The notes: generated by a model not told the origin, from the sequence alone. A DNA stretch of 64,000 nucleotides from Octopus sinensis (GCF_006345805.1 NC_042999.1:61566001-61630000); one strand, 5' to 3'. Positions 43,328-59,180 are shown, numbered from the stretch's first letter. Numbers and translations: made by a program.

Positions 43328-43575
43328 GGCACACAGAGCTGCGCTCGGTAGCGAAGTGAAAGCACGCTATAAAAATAAAACTACTGAATAATAATAATAA
43401 TAATAATAAAAATAATAACAATAATAATAATAATAACATTAACAATAATAATAATATCATTAATAATAGTAACATTAACAACAATATTAACTATAATAAT
43501 CATAGCATTAAACATAATAATAATAATAATAGTAATAATAATAATAATAATAATAACAACAACAACAACAACAAC

Positions 43576-43610
<35 letters not shown>
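43040..43610 (+). repeat. (TAA)n array with two identical 59-bp inserts (43179-43237 and 43328-43386)
   Basis: ggcacacagagctgcgctcggtagcgaagtgaaagcacgctataaaaataaaactactg occurs twice. Confidence 0.9.
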
Positions 43611-43611
<1 letters not shown>

Positions 43612-44222
43612 TTTGTTTTACTGTTTCTGAACCTTTCTTTTTAACATTTGCCGTTCATTAATGAAGACAAAAACGTAATAAAAGAAAAAAAAATAAATAT
43701 TCTAAGGTCTATTGATAGACGAAATCTAAATGAAGCGGGTCAAATATAATTTTACTTCAGTAATTTCTTCATCGTTTTAGATATTAACAATATACCAAAG
43801 AACAAAAAATTAATTTTGAAAAAAAAAAACTATATATAAAATACAAAAAGCAGAGGAAATATGATTTGATAAAGGTCTATTGAATTTCCTAAATGACTTC
43901 TTTTTATTTTTCATAGTTAATTGATTTTCATAAATTCCTTTATGTATCACTTCTATATTTTAAAATTTTATTTCCAATTTTCCTTTACTTCCTTCAGTCA
44001 ATTTTATTGATTTATTGTTAAAGTTATTATTATTAGTATTATTATTATTATTACTATTATTATTATTAATATTTATATTATTATTATTATGATTATTATT
44101 ATTGTTGTTGTTGTTGTTATAATTATTATTATTATTATGATTATCATCATCATCAGTATCATCATTCATATTCTTATTATTTGTTACCCTCATCCTTCGT
44201 CTTTGTGGCAAATAAATGAAAG

Positions 44223-44279
<57 letters not shown>

Positions 44280-44668
44280 TATTATTATTATTACTGTGCT
44301 TTTTTTTAAAATAATTTCGATCAATGCATTTTTGCATATATGCAAAAATGTTGCAGCATATTTATGTATTTTGTGTTTCGCATGAATTATTGATATTATA
44401 TCTAGTTTTTAATTTTATCATTGCTTGTTTTTCAAAAATGTTTTTCATATATTTTTTTTTATATAATATTTATTTGTCATTTCGCGGTGTCTGAATGGAA
44501 AGATTGGTGGAGCTGCTGAAGCTGCTGTTTTGCTATAGCTGCATACGTATGCAATTTTTTCGTTCCCCACGAATGCATGCACAAGTGTGCGCTCATGTAT
44601 ATATATATTCATATATATATATAAATGTGTGCGCGCATAATTATGTATACACACGTGCATCCACACTT

Positions 44669-44714
<46 letters not shown>

Positions 44715-44717
<3 letters not shown>

Positions 44718-44915
44718 ATCCAAACATGAAAACACAAAGAGAAAACACAACACGAGGACGTGGAACAAGTATAGTATTATTGGACGCTCAGGAAAGAGGG
44801 AAAGAAGGAGGGTTTAACGTTTCGAACGGAGCTCTTCGTCAGAAACATAGGAAAAGGAAAGATCCAAAGAAGGGAAGACGGAGGAAAAAAATCGCCAACG
44901 CGGTCGCATTTTGAA
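44715..44915 (-). mobile_element. Family H Penelope-pLTR-like fragment ending in (TA)n
   Basis: Contains a minimal HHR; tail shared with 24765 and 51825. Confidence 0.7.
44812..44846 (-). ncRNA. Minimal type I hammerhead ribozyme motif
   Basis: GTTT CTGACGA A GAGC TCC GTTC GAAAC GT T AAAC: stem I GTTT/AAAC, stem II GAGC/GTTC, palindromic ACGT stem III, and an extra A after A9. Confidence 0.7.
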
Positions 44916-45390
44916 ATATGTATATGTTAGTGTATGTATGTATGTGTATATATATATGCAAATGTGTGTGTGTATGTATGTGTTTTTGCGTGTGTGTATG
45001 CGTAAGTCCTTCTTGAGAGACTTCAAGCCGGTTGCTAAGAAATCGACAAGACTTGAGTGAGAGACTTCCCTGTGTTTTGGAATATGTGGTTGAGTTAGTG
45101 TACTTGAACTGTCGATACATCCTTCCAAATATGGGCATCTATTCACATAAGAATCTCAGAGTGAGAATTTTTGAAACGTCTTCCTAATATGCACTGTGCC
45201 ACTTATATATGGGATTTGGAGTCTTCGCTCAGATTTGCTCTTGTATGTATGTATGTATGTATGTATTATGTGTGTATGTATGTATTATGTATGTATGTAT
45301 GTATGTATGTATTATGTATGTATGTATGTATTATGTATGTATGTATTATGTATGTATGTAGGTATGTGTGTGTATGTATGTATGTATGTA

Positions 45391-46385
45391 TCAGGTCATC
45401 CCATAAGTTCTGTCCGAATTTTAAATGAAGAAAACAAGTGATCAAATGTTATTTTAATGGAAATTTAATCATCGATGTTCTTTCCCTGATTATCTATGAC
45501 TTCCCTCAATCTATTTACAAGTTTTTTAATCCCATTAACTTAAAACTCTTTTGGTTTCAAAGCGAAGAACTCTGAAATGTCAGTTTCGACCTCCTCCTGG
45601 CTTGCGAAAGTTATGTCCCCCAAATTATTCTGTAAGCTAGGAAACAAATGGTAATCTCACGGAGCAAGGTCGGGAGAATAAGGTGGATGAGTATTTTTTT
45701 CCCAACCAAGCTCTTCTATTTTCTGTGATCGCGCATTGTCCTGATGAAACATCACTCCTTTTCGATTCACTAAAGCGAGTATTTTTCATCAAAGCTTGGT
45801 TCAAAGGCTCTAATTGCTGACAGTAGACTTGAGCATTGATTGTTGCATTAGGTGGTAACAATTCGAAGTGAATTACTCCTTTGCAATCCCACCAGATTGA
45901 GAGAAGAACCTTTTTCCCATGAAGTTCCCTTCTTGGTTGTGTTTGAGCATTTTCCCTTTTACCAATCCACTGTTTACGACGTTTAACACTTCAATAGAAG
46001 ATCCATTTTTCGTCAGCAGTCACAAGTCTATCCAAAAAGGGTGAAATGAATTCGCGAAAATGGAGAGAAGAGCAGATATCAACACGGGATTTGCGGTTGC
46101 TTTCGAACAATTCATGAGGCACCCATTTTCCAAGTTTAGGAACCTTTCCAAGTTGTTGAAGATAACGATGAATAGTTGTATGGTTTGAACTAAGCTTTAT
46201 TGCCAATTCTTCAACTGATAATGCAGGATTTTCTTCAAGTAATGCCTCAAGGAGCTTATCAGCAAACTCAACTTGACGTCCTGTTCGATCTTCATCTTCA
46301 AGACTGAAATCTCCACTTCTGAATTTTGCAAACCATCTTCTGCACGTTCTGTCATTCATGCACTCTTTCCCATAAACTGAGTATA
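45391..46385 (-). mobile_element. mariner (DD34D-type) transposase pseudogene with one terminus
   Basis: RWFAKFRSGDFSLEDEDRTGR, KLGKWVPHEL, LVTADEKWIFY and HPPYSPDLAP. TA followed by tcaggtcatcccataagttc marks the terminus at 45391. Confidence 0.9.
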
Positions 46386-46388
46386 TGT

Positions 46389-46513
46389 TTCTTTGTAAGT
46401 CTAGTACTTATTCTATCGGTCTCTTTTGCCGAACCGGTAAGTGATGGGGACCTAAACACACCAGCATCGGTTGTCAAGCGATGTTGGGGGGACAAACACA
46501 GACACACAAACAT

Positions 46514-46576
<63 letters not shown>

Positions 46577-46742
46577 TACGACGGGCTTCTTTCAGTTTCC
46601 GTCTACAAAATCCACTCACAAGGCATTGGTCAACCCGAGGCTATAGTAGAAGACACTTGCCGAAGTTGCCACGTAGTGGGACTGAACCCGGAACCAAGTG
46701 GTTTGAAAGCAAGCTACTTGTCACACAGCCACTCATACGCCT
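46389..46742 (-). mobile_element. SINE family A abutting the mariner remnant
   Basis: Reverse complement of family A. Confidence 0.85.
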
Positions 46743-47566
46743 ATAGTATGTGATGTCTATAAGAGTTTCTTACGATATAATGGAATATGTAAAACCTACG
46801 TTTTATATTTGTGACACTTTTAAACGCCGGCTCTGAGTTTTTTATTCTTCGTTTTCACTGTATAAAAGCTAAACTCTCTCTTAGAGTGTTTACTTTATAT
46901 GGTATTCCTCTGTAATTGTGTAATTATGCTGAACAATATGCTGTGTCGAAATTAATTAGATTATTGGGTACTCTCGTAAAACAACGAAATGTTTTCAATG
47001 CATTGGAACACCTGGCCTATTTGAATGTAATTCTATATCATATTGATACAAGTATTTCCAATAGACATAGGATAGTAAACCAATCCAAAACACTGAATGA
47101 ATTAAATTTATCGATTTTATACAATGAAATGGAATTATCGATATACGGGGATACGATATTCGCGAATCGTATGAAGTTTTTGATACGTATCGAAAATTAT
47201 CATGTTAGGTTTTGATCATATTCTCAACTTTAGAACTATCAATGATGCTTACTCTTCGGTTTGGGGGTGGGGAGATTTGGTGCTGAGGTTAATCGATTAT
47301 CGGCTTCCAAACTGGTCTCTCATAACTCTTAAAGTGTAAGAAATCTCAAAATCTGTCGCCAGCAAAGTGATTGCAGTTAGATATTCAAATTACCAAGAAC
47401 ACCTTTAAACACACGAGCATCAATATTTTCATATAACATATCTCTTTATTCATATGTATATGTGTGTGCATAGATACATACTTACGTAGATACTTACAGA
47501 CATAATTATATGCATGCTTGTATACATACATATATACATACATACATACATATATACATACATGCA

Positions 47567-47597
<31 letters not shown>

Positions 47598-47607
47598 TTG
47601 TACAATT

Positions 47608-47733
47608 GTGGAAATCCGTTCCCTAGTGGATGTCAACATAAAGCTAAAGATATTAACGAAAAAGAAAATACCTACGCCAAACTATTGAGAAATTTGCAGG
47701 TACTCTATCCAAATTATAAGTTTGGGTTTATAC
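47608..47733 (+). mobile_element. Fragment of a restriction-like endonuclease domain (R2/R4-type LINE)
   Basis: VEI..DVNIKLK / EKENTYAKLLRNLQVLYPNYKFGFIP. Confidence 0.5.
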
Positions 47734-48252
47734 CTAAACCTAACCTGACCACACAACATGATTCTCTGCATTACATGTTATCAGTAGCAATAAGAGGAGA
47801 GGGACCATACACACCTGTCTCCACACCCAAATACACACACACAAAATACTATACGCTGATACCTTCCTTTAACTTATATCAATACATGGACATATTCTCA
47901 TGCATGGATACACGACCTGTCTCATCTCTCTTTCCTAACAACCGAAGCGAAGCCCATTCCCCGCTGTCCCTAACACCTTGTTTTTTTTTATTTTTTCTCG
48001 TACAACAAGCTACTTTTATTTATTTTTCTCCTTTATTATTTCTTCTTTATCTTTTTCCTGATGAAATACTTGCGTTCCAAACTCCTAGAATCTTCCTCCA
48101 CTTTTAATGTATTAAACTAATGCGTTTGTTAAATCATGTTCCTACCATGTTGTCTTTTATTTGTGTTCTTTGCTTTCATGAGACCGTTAATATATTTGTC
48201 TATCAATCTATCTATTTATTTATGTATGTATCTATCTAGTTCTCTCTCTCTC

Positions 48253-48310
<58 letters not shown>

Positions 48311-48314
48311 TATT

Positions 48315-48419
<105 letters not shown>

Positions 48420-48434
48420 CATACATATATATAT

Positions 48435-49150
48435 ATTAGAAGGAAACCACTATGTGGACACCCTTATGCTAGAAATAGATCCGCTAGGGTCTTACCACCA
48501 AGAAATGTTCACAAGAAAAATTATACAAAACAACCAAAACGTAATCGAGCAAGACAAAAGAAAAAGCAATAAAAATATGGATTATTCGGATACATGTTTC
48601 ACTATTAACATATTACGTAATTTTACTTACATAAATGTCCGTAGATCATCAGTGTGACCGTCCAGATGAATATAATTTGCAGGACTGCATACTAGGACGT
48701 CCTTACAAAGGCAGACATGTAAAGAGTTCAACTCATTACAATCGTAGTTACTATTTCAAATGTCCTCGTTTTGGCGCACTAGTACGCAGTCCTGCAAATC
48801 ATATTCATCTGGACGGTTGCACCTATGATCTACAGACATTTATGTAAGTAAAATTACGTAATATATTAATAGTGAAACATGTATGCGAATAATCCATATT
48901 TTATTGCTTTTTCTTTTGTCTTGCTGAATTACGTTTTGGTTGTTTTGCTAAATTTTTCTTGTGAACATTTCTTAGTGCTAAGACCATTGCAGATCTATTT
49001 CTAGCATAAGGGTATCCACTTTGTGGTTTCCCTCTAATATGTATATAATACAATTTTACTGAACCTTCGGTTTTTTATATGCTAGACCACTGGTGTGAAA
49101 TCGATATTAATTAAATTAAATTAAAATTTAATTTCTCACCCTCATTTTAA
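48435..49150. mobile_element. Fold-back element (arms 48435-48695 / 48779-49038) plus a tail, in (TA)n, with an HHR motif
   Basis: Inverted arms of about 260 bp. The tail at 49090-49150 resembles 18000-18060 (minus). Confidence 0.85.
48586..48657 (-). ncRNA. Hammerhead ribozyme motif with an extended stem II (decaying)
   Basis: CTGATGA T CTA..ACATTTATGTAA..TTACGTAATATGT..TAG T GAAAC AT GTA. The mirror arm has an intact stem I (TTGCA/TGCGA) but a mutated core. Confidence 0.6.
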
Positions 49151-49194
<44 letters not shown>

Positions 49195-49628
49195 GGATAA
49201 ATGGATTTCACTATATTTCATATAAATCCCCAAAAAGTGAAAGATAGATCTAAAATTCTCGAACGATGATAACTGTGAGAAGGCATTGTATTACGCAATG
49301 TTTTAAATTTAGAAGTTTTCCTCTGTTAAATTAATTAGCTTAATGATTATAAAACCTGAAGATGGTGACATGTTGACATTTTTAAAGAAAACCTGTATGC
49401 GTATCAGTTATCTACATCAAGCTTCAGTCAGAGAAAGGTCTCGTTTAGCTTCTCTAATTAACTTTCAATCAATATGCCCTATCATTGGAGAAACTGTAAA
49501 ATACCTAACAGACTAGAACTAATGACAGTGTTGGAAAGAATATAAAGTAACGGTGACACTATGATTAAAATTGTAAAACCACGCAATAAAAATAAAAAGG
49601 TATATACATGTATAACACCTTTGAACAG

Positions 49629-49679
<51 letters not shown>

Positions 49680-50532
49680 AATATACAGGTGAGATGAGAA
49701 TGCGTTGAGAGTGAAGTGTTACATTTGATTAGAAAAGTCAGTTTTAAATGGGATGGAAAGATAAGAAAAATAGCGAAAGAATGGGTGAGCTAATAAGATT
49801 TAAATGAAGTGAGTTGATACACAGATGAGCAAATATAACTATATTTTAGTCCTGAAAACTCATTTCTAAATGAAATGGAAAGATAAGTAAGAAATACCGA
49901 GTAAATGAGGGAGTGAAAGAAATGAAAGAATGAGAGGAGTTGATACATACATGAGCAAATATGATTTGATTTTCATCCCCTCTTTTCATACACGTAGATA
50001 TAGCTATTTATGGGTGTAATGTATGCAAGAAATTTTTATGTAACTGCAATATATGGAATGTATATATATATATATATTAAAGAAGGTTTGAAAATGCAAT
50101 TTTAAAAGACGTTTATTCATTTGAACGCTTTCCCATTTTTATAGAAAAAGATTGTCAAAAGTAGCATGTAAAAGATTTGTTGTGTTAGGTACTGGATGTC
50201 ATAAAATATTACAATACATATATACATTCTTTGATAATAATAGCATGTTAAAAACAGTGTACAAGGGAAAATCTTGGGAAAATATTTAAAAATTATAAAG
50301 TTCATTAAAATATTAGGCACAAAAGATTAAAATACATATATACATTCTTTGATAATAATAAGAAAATGTTAAAAGCAGTTTATAAAAAAAAATTATTAAA
50401 AAGTTCCTAAAGAATATTGGGATTTATTAGAAATCATGTTTGTTTGGAAGTATCTATTTATATATATATACACAGAAAATTATAAGTTAAAAAGGTCATA
50501 TTTTGGTAGTATATATATATGTACAACGAAGG

Positions 50533-50563
<31 letters not shown>

Positions 50564-51824
50564 TGAGTATAATTATAATTAGTGTTCGGCCAAAATTTTG
50601 CTTCACCACACACCGAAATTTAGAAATAGCAACCAAAAAATTGCTATTTCTCTACCATAAGAAAATCTCCCAGACAACATATATTCAAAACTATCCACGT
50701 AAGCAAAGAGCAAAAAACAACGAATTCACCCAGCAATTGATTAACTGTGGACGAGTTTCAGAGTTAGATATGAAAAATGCAAAAAACACATTTCCATCCT
50801 GTCATTCAGCTCTTCAGCACAGTATTTCATGATTTTAAATTTGAGAGCACTGAAAAAAATTGAACATACCTATCTGACCAAGCGACATCAGACAAACTAT
50901 ATCCAATGAGCAGTACCATCGAATTTAAAACATACGAATGAAATCTCTTATTCTCCCTCACCTACCAACGTGTTTTATTGAGCAAACATTCTACAGAAAA
51001 AATCTGTAGTTTATTATCCGGGAGAGAATTGTTCTTTTCACATGCCGAAACAACATGGTAAAATGATTAATTATTAATTAATTAATTAGTTAATTTGACC
51101 CTTTATTATTATTGATAATATTATATATATATATATATATTCAAAAATATCACCAAAGTGTTCGTGTCCCGAATATCGGCACACTTCTTTATACTTGCGA
51201 GACGTGGACTCATTGTTGGTGTCATATCAAACAGCTCGAGCTGTTCCATCAAGCAAATTTTTGCTCCTTCTTGGGGTATTAACTGAAAGCAAGCGAAGGG
51301 CAAAACGTATGTCGTTCAAGGATGAGAAATGATATTTAACCAGGAGGTGATCAATAGTTATCAGTTGCGCTGGGTCGAAAATATTCAAACGATGTATAAA
51401 GAATCACCACGGGAGGCCGATTTATATTCTGAAATTGGAACATGAATGCGTAGATCATGAAAAACAACTGAAGTTCAGAAACGTTTTGAAGGAGAGCGTC
51501 TCACTCTACGGCATAAAGGAAAGAATTCTTGAGTGCGTATATATATATATATATATATTTACAAACACACATATCTATGTATCTATCTATATATGTATAT
51601 ATGTATATATGTATATATAATATATATATATATATATATATTCACAGTTGTATACATATACATACACATAAATATGTATATACTTATACGTGTACATATA
51701 CACAAGTATATACATATATACATATATTCAGTTGTGTATGTATATATATATATATATACACATACATATACATATACACATACATAGAGTTACATTTTTT
51801 CTCCTTGATTTTTTTCTGTGTTCT

Positions 51825-51955
51825 TTTCTGTAGAAGAGCGTAGGCTTGAAACGTAAAATACTTTTCTATTCCTGAGCGTTATACTAATACATCTGTTTGT
51901 TTTGTACACCACCTGTCTTCGTCTTTTGTTTTTTTTTCGTAAACTCTCCTCTCCC
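51825..51955 (+). mobile_element. Family H fragment with a degenerate HHR, ending in (TA)n
   Basis: TTTT CTGTAGA A GAGC GTAG GCTT GAAAC GTA AAA followed by a ttcctgagcgtt tail. Confidence 0.6.
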
Positions 51956-51965
51956 TATACAATAT

Positions 51966-52023
<58 letters not shown>

Positions 52024-52038
52024 TACATATATATATAT

Positions 52039-52104
<66 letters not shown>

Positions 52105-52169
52105 ATATATTATATAATTATATACAAACATTTAGATAATTATATACTTGTACATATATATACACACAC

Positions 52170-52353
52170 AGACTTACACACATATACACGATGAAATTCC
52201 ATTCATTTTCCGTTCATCAAGTTCTCTCATAAGCCATTGGTCGACTTTTTTTATAGTAGAAAGAACTTGCTCAAGATGCCACGCAGTGAGACTGAAATGG
52301 AAACCACGGGGTAGCAAAACGAGCGTCTTAACCACACAGCTATACCTACACCT
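52170..52353 (-). mobile_element. Degenerate SINE family A, 5' half
   Basis: tagtagaaagaacttgctcaagatgccacgcagtg...accacacagc. Confidence 0.65.
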
Positions 52354-53184
52354 ATAGTCTTTGAGAAATATCATTAAAGAAGTTCTAGACATTGAGGAAA
52401 ATCTAAAGAGAAATTGTTTCATTTGTTTGTAAAATGGTAGACGTAAAATGGATAGTAAAATGGTAGCCGAAACGAAATCAAAACCAGGATATATGAAAAT
52501 ATATAAGACGAATTTCATATATTTAATCTTGTTACATATATCTATCGTCCTATCTAGACGGTTTGCAATTCTTCCTTATAAATCATTTTTCTTTTCATAC
52601 TTCAACAATGGCAAAACCTTCCATTTAAAACTTACGACGCCTAATACATAGTTAAATCAATGCCTAGAGGAAATTTTACGCTTATTTTTGCCAGTCTAAA
52701 GACATTCAGAAAAATTCAATCTTTTGTGATGTGACAGTACTAATAATTAAATCTTCTGGCTGACATTTTTCAAAAAGAGCAGATACGAACGAGCAGTGGA
52801 TAAACTATATCTGAACCTGACAGAAAAATAATATTGTGTGTAACACATGGCAGCTGATGACAGCAGGACATATCATTGACAAAATAATTGTATATGAAAT
52901 ATACTAACCAAGAACTGCTTGATATCTAACTCACAAGACAATGTTTATTATTAATCGAGGGAAAAAAATGCAGAAATGATATTCTGACAGTAGACATAGT
53001 ACGTTGCTTGTAAAATGAGATTTATATATGTTGTTTCTGTTGGTTTCAAATGTAAAAGGTGTATATGGTTGTATTTGTGTGTGCGTCTGTCTATGTGTGT
53101 ATGTGTGTGTGTATAATATACATATATAAATATATACACATATCTATACATCTATAAATATATATATATATATGTATGTATACG

Positions 53185-53225
<41 letters not shown>

Positions 53226-53340
53226 ATATATATAATATATATATATTATATATACATACATACATATAGATAGATATATATAGATAAATAGATAGATAGA
53301 TGCATACATACATACATACATACATACATACATTACATTA

Positions 53341-53549
53341 TTTTACTTGTTTCAGTCATTTGACTGCAGCCGTTCTGGAACACCGCCTTTAGTCGAACAA
53401 ACCGAACCCGGGTATCCGGCCTCTGTAAGTTTGGTACTTATTTTATCGGTCTCTTCTGCTGACCGCTAATTTACGGGGGCATAAGTATTGCCAACGTTGG
53501 TTGTCAAGCGATGATGAGAGGACAAACACAGACACAAAGACACACCTAC

Positions 53550-53616
<67 letters not shown>

Positions 53617-54199
53617 AAACTGTAGTTGTCTGAGTGTCTGTCCCCTTCGATTTAGATTCCTAACTCCTCCCACATTTTGCGGTGCAGTTTAACCAAATTC
53701 GGGTATCTTATAGTCGTGATTCATATCGAGCCCGTCTGACTATTAGCGCGCGTCAACGATGAGTCTACGATTTTAAAAATAATTAACATCATTTTTTATT
53801 CCATTTTAATGCATAAAATGCATCGTATGTCGATGGCGGCGGAGTTGGCGTCCACGCTCACAGCTGCACCTGTTTGCTTCTCCCCCTTCCCTCCCTCGTG
53901 AAGCTGTGGGGAAGGGAGTGTAAAGAAATCAACGTCGTAATGCGTTGTGAGGGAAACCAGCGTTCTTTTAGAACAACGACTTCATGGCTTGAAGACACCA
54001 AAACAAAAATGGCTAAGAAAGCCCGAATTTATAAGGGAAGTAACTCTCTAAAAATGCTTATATAGTTATTTCCCTTACAAACCCGAGCAACGCCGGGCGA
54101 TACTGCTAGTATATATATAAAATAATATGCCGAAGTGGAAATCCACAACACCATCTCTGTATGTATATTTATATGTACTTATATATATATGATGTATTT

Positions 54200-54258
<59 letters not shown>

Positions 54259-54398
54259 ACGGGATTTTCCGTTTATCAAATCCACTCACAAGGTTTTGGT
54301 CGATCTGGGGCTATAGTAGAAGACACATGCCCAAGGTGCCACGCAGTGGGACTTAATTCGGAATCGTGTGGTTGGGAAGCAACCTCCTTATCGCACCT
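53341..54398 (-). mobile_element. SINE family A split by a Helitron that inserted in its internal (TA)n tract
   Basis: 3' half at 53341-53545 and 5' half at 54255-54398. Confidence 0.7.
53608..54109 (+). mobile_element. Non-autonomous Helitron
   Basis: 3' CCCGAGCAACGCCGGG hairpin followed by CTAG|T; homologous to 24910-25296. Confidence 0.75.
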
Positions 54399-54419
54399 AG
54401 CTATATATACTTGTGTGTA

Positions 54420-54420
54420 C

Positions 54421-54461
<41 letters not shown>

Positions 54462-54468
54462 TGAATGT

Positions 54469-54545
<77 letters not shown>
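54420..54545. repeat. (GT)n(GA)n(GATA)n microsatellite
   Basis: Visible directly in the sequence. Confidence 0.95.
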
Positions 54546-54547
<2 letters not shown>

Positions 54548-54925
54548 CAATAAGAACCTTACAGTTCGAACGTAGCCAGCTTTGTAAACATACACACGTA
54601 CACATAAACACGCATACAGATACATATTTATGCATACATACACACAGAGTGAAAGGATCAGATAATATCTATCTTTGCACATACATTTCATATCTCTCCT
54701 CAGGCATCCACTTGACTCTGCATGTATACTAGTATATGTGGTTTTCCTAGCATGATTTTCACCCAATTTTTGCCACCTTCATGTGGCTGACCCATATGGG
54801 GCGATGCTACTGTTATTTATAACTCCAGGAAGGCATCTCCACCAGCTGGCTAATGACACACTGTCTGTGCCCGATCAGTGTTTGCGAAGGGAAATCATTG
54901 TTTCCATCTCTATCCTTACGTGATA

Positions 54926-54970
54926 CACACGGAGCCGGGTTTCTGAGTGGTAACCCGTCATCAGCGTGTG
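54926..54970 (-). ncRNA. Type I hammerhead motif (stem III G-to-C variant)
   Basis: CACACG CTGATGA C GGGT TACC ACTC A GAAAC CCGG CTC CGTGTG. Confidence 0.7.
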
Positions 54971-55163
54971 ACAATCACCGGCGAGGGATGAGATGTGATT
55001 CCAAATGCAAAATACTATATGATTTTTTCAGTGACAAACTGTTGCTGGTATCGAAAAAGGAGAAACAGGTAATAATAAATCTCTGAGCGAGATGGTTTGT
55101 CACTGGAAAAAGCATATAGTACTTTGCGTTTGAAATCACGTCTCATCCCTAGCCGGTGATTAT

Positions 55164-55208
55164 CACACGCTGATGACAGGTTACTATTCAGAAACCCGGG
55201 TCCGTGTG
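55164..55208 (+). ncRNA. Type I hammerhead ribozyme motif
   Basis: CACACG CTGATGA CAGGTTACTATTCA GAAAC CCGG GTC CGTGTG: perfect 6-bp stem I, palindromic ACCCGGGT, predicted cut after C55202; stem II is weakened. Confidence 0.75.
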
Positions 55209-55612
55209 TATCACGTAAGGCTAGAGATGGGAACCATGATTTCCCTTCGCAAATATAAATCGGGCACAGACAGTGTGTCGTTAACCAGCTGGAGGAGATG
55301 TCTTCCTGGAGCTGTAAACTACAGTAGCATCGTCCCATATGGGTCACCCACATTTAGGTGGCAAATATACTTCACGACATATATATAAGAATTTATTTTC
55401 GTATTGAGATAAAAAAAAAACAAGGCTGTGTAGATATTAGAATATATCTCATTACGAAAAAAATTCTTACATACACACGCTGACATAGAACCAACGTTGA
55501 ACCCCTTATTCGCAAAATTACCGAATCTGGAATTTAACTATGGTCTGTCTATAGCACTTATTCACCATTACCTGACACCTTTGGGTCTCATTGATACCAT
55601 TATCTCTTATAT

Positions 55613-55657
<45 letters not shown>

Positions 55658-55679
55658 TATATATATATATTATATATAT

Positions 55680-57502
<1,823 letters not shown>

Positions 57503-57700
57503 ATGTGTGTGTGTGTGTGTGTGTGTGTTGTGCGTGTGTGTATGAATGTATGTATGTGTGTATAACCTTTACGAACATATATGTTAGGATACGTTGTGTG
57601 CTTTGTATGTGTATGCGTTTGTGTGTATATTGTTGCCAGCGAAAAAAATTGTTAATCATAGTCTTCAACGCTCAGCAGATTTTATATAATATATATAAAC

Positions 57701-57732
<32 letters not shown>

Positions 57733-57904
57733 ATGCCGTTATTTTTTTCTTCTCTTTCGCATATATTTTTCTTATTATTCTCAGTACTTATTATTTTCAG
57801 CTTTTATTTCACACACCAGGGAAGAGACAAATGTGAACAGTTGTGCTTGCTAAGAATTCATATTAATTTTCTAGTGCAGACTATTATAACAACTTACTAT
57901 ATAT

Positions 57905-57935
<31 letters not shown>

Positions 57936-57942
57936 ACATATG

Positions 57943-58000
<58 letters not shown>

Positions 58001-58974
58001 GTATTTTCTCGTTTTTTTTTCGCTGCTCTTTTATATATAATTTTTTAGACCGAGAGAAAATCTAATACATCGAATGGAAGCGGATTGGAAATGATTAATT
58101 GCTTAAGAAATATGTACGTATAATTTAATACGAAAAAAAAAACAAACAGTATTTGGATATTGCGAAGTGATATATATCTCTCTAAGTACAATATCATGGG
58201 TTGTTTAGTTTATATCCTGTACAATGCTATCATTGTGTCTCTCGACAGGTCGCTTAACACTACATTGCATTCGTTTAAATATCTATAGAGAACAGTAGAT
58301 GTATTTCCTGTGGAATTCATCTGCAAAAATCTAGACAATCTATGAACAGTTGAAAATAGTTTCTTATCGGCTTACTTGTACTGAAAGCTGAGTTCAGCAA
58401 GCGTGCTTGCTGAAATCATTATTTTAAGTGATTATTGAAAAGGTTGAAATTCAGTATGATCGTCCCGTGGGTATAAAGGCACTTGGAGTTGAAATTAAAA
58501 ACCCTATTTAGTTCAGATAAACGAAATATTAACGTTATACCGCTTTTCTTGACACAGCTAAAGTATAAATATTCCCAAATGGGATAAAAGAAGTATATAC
58601 GAATATAATCATATTACATAAGAAAATCATACGGTTGATTTTCGGAATCGGTAAAGCGTTAGTAGAATACTTTGTGTTATTTGATTGTATCTCCCGCTAG
58701 ATTCTGAGTTCAAGTCCTCACAGTTCCACTTTGATTTTCATTTTAACTCACGCCAAAAAATAAGTGTTGGATGATAAAAAAAAAAGTAAATATTAAGGTT
58801 AATGTAATCAACAATAACGTTCAGATCAGAGTTCTAGTATGGCCACAGTCGATTGATTGACAGTAGTAACAACATTACATAATATATGTAAAGTTGAAAA
58901 TAAATAAATAAATAAATAAAAGGCTAAGTCGACCCTTCCCCCCGCACCTAAAACAATGTACTTAATATAATCGT

Positions 58975-59180
58975 TCTAAATTTGGCACAAGGCGAGCAAC
59001 CTTAGAAGAAGAGGAAGTCGACTATATCGGCTCCAGTACTCAACTGGTACTTATTCTATCGACCTCGAAAGGACGAAAGGTAAAGACAACCTCTGCTGAA
59101 TTTGAACTCAAAACGCAAAGCTGGAAGAAACGCTGCAAAGCATTTTTCAGGCGCGCTACCAAGTCTACCATCCGGCCACT
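58975..59180 (-). mobile_element. SINE, family B-related (diverged)
   Basis: cagtactcaactggtacttattctatcgacctcgaaagg...gaatttgaactca. Confidence 0.7.

Larger units (their letters stand above)
54769..55365. mobile_element. Family R fold-back element (arms 54769-55039 / 55095-55365) with an HHR on each strand
   Basis: Inverted arms of about 270 bp; homologous to 22134-22730. Confidence 0.85.

Noticed and set aside
43040-43610. CRISPR-like repeat/spacer appearance
   Set aside because: Eukaryotic context, only two inserts, microsatellite spacers and no cas genes.
49336-49400. CTGAAGATGG motif (and CTGATGA at about 52855)
   Set aside because: No stem II, GAAA or stem I partners, so not an HHR.
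50555-51120. (TA)n-flanked segment with a possible GIY-YIG-like remnant (TSFRVRYEK) and a tail resembling 49090-49150
   Set aside because: The similarity is too weak and no HHR or long palindrome was found.
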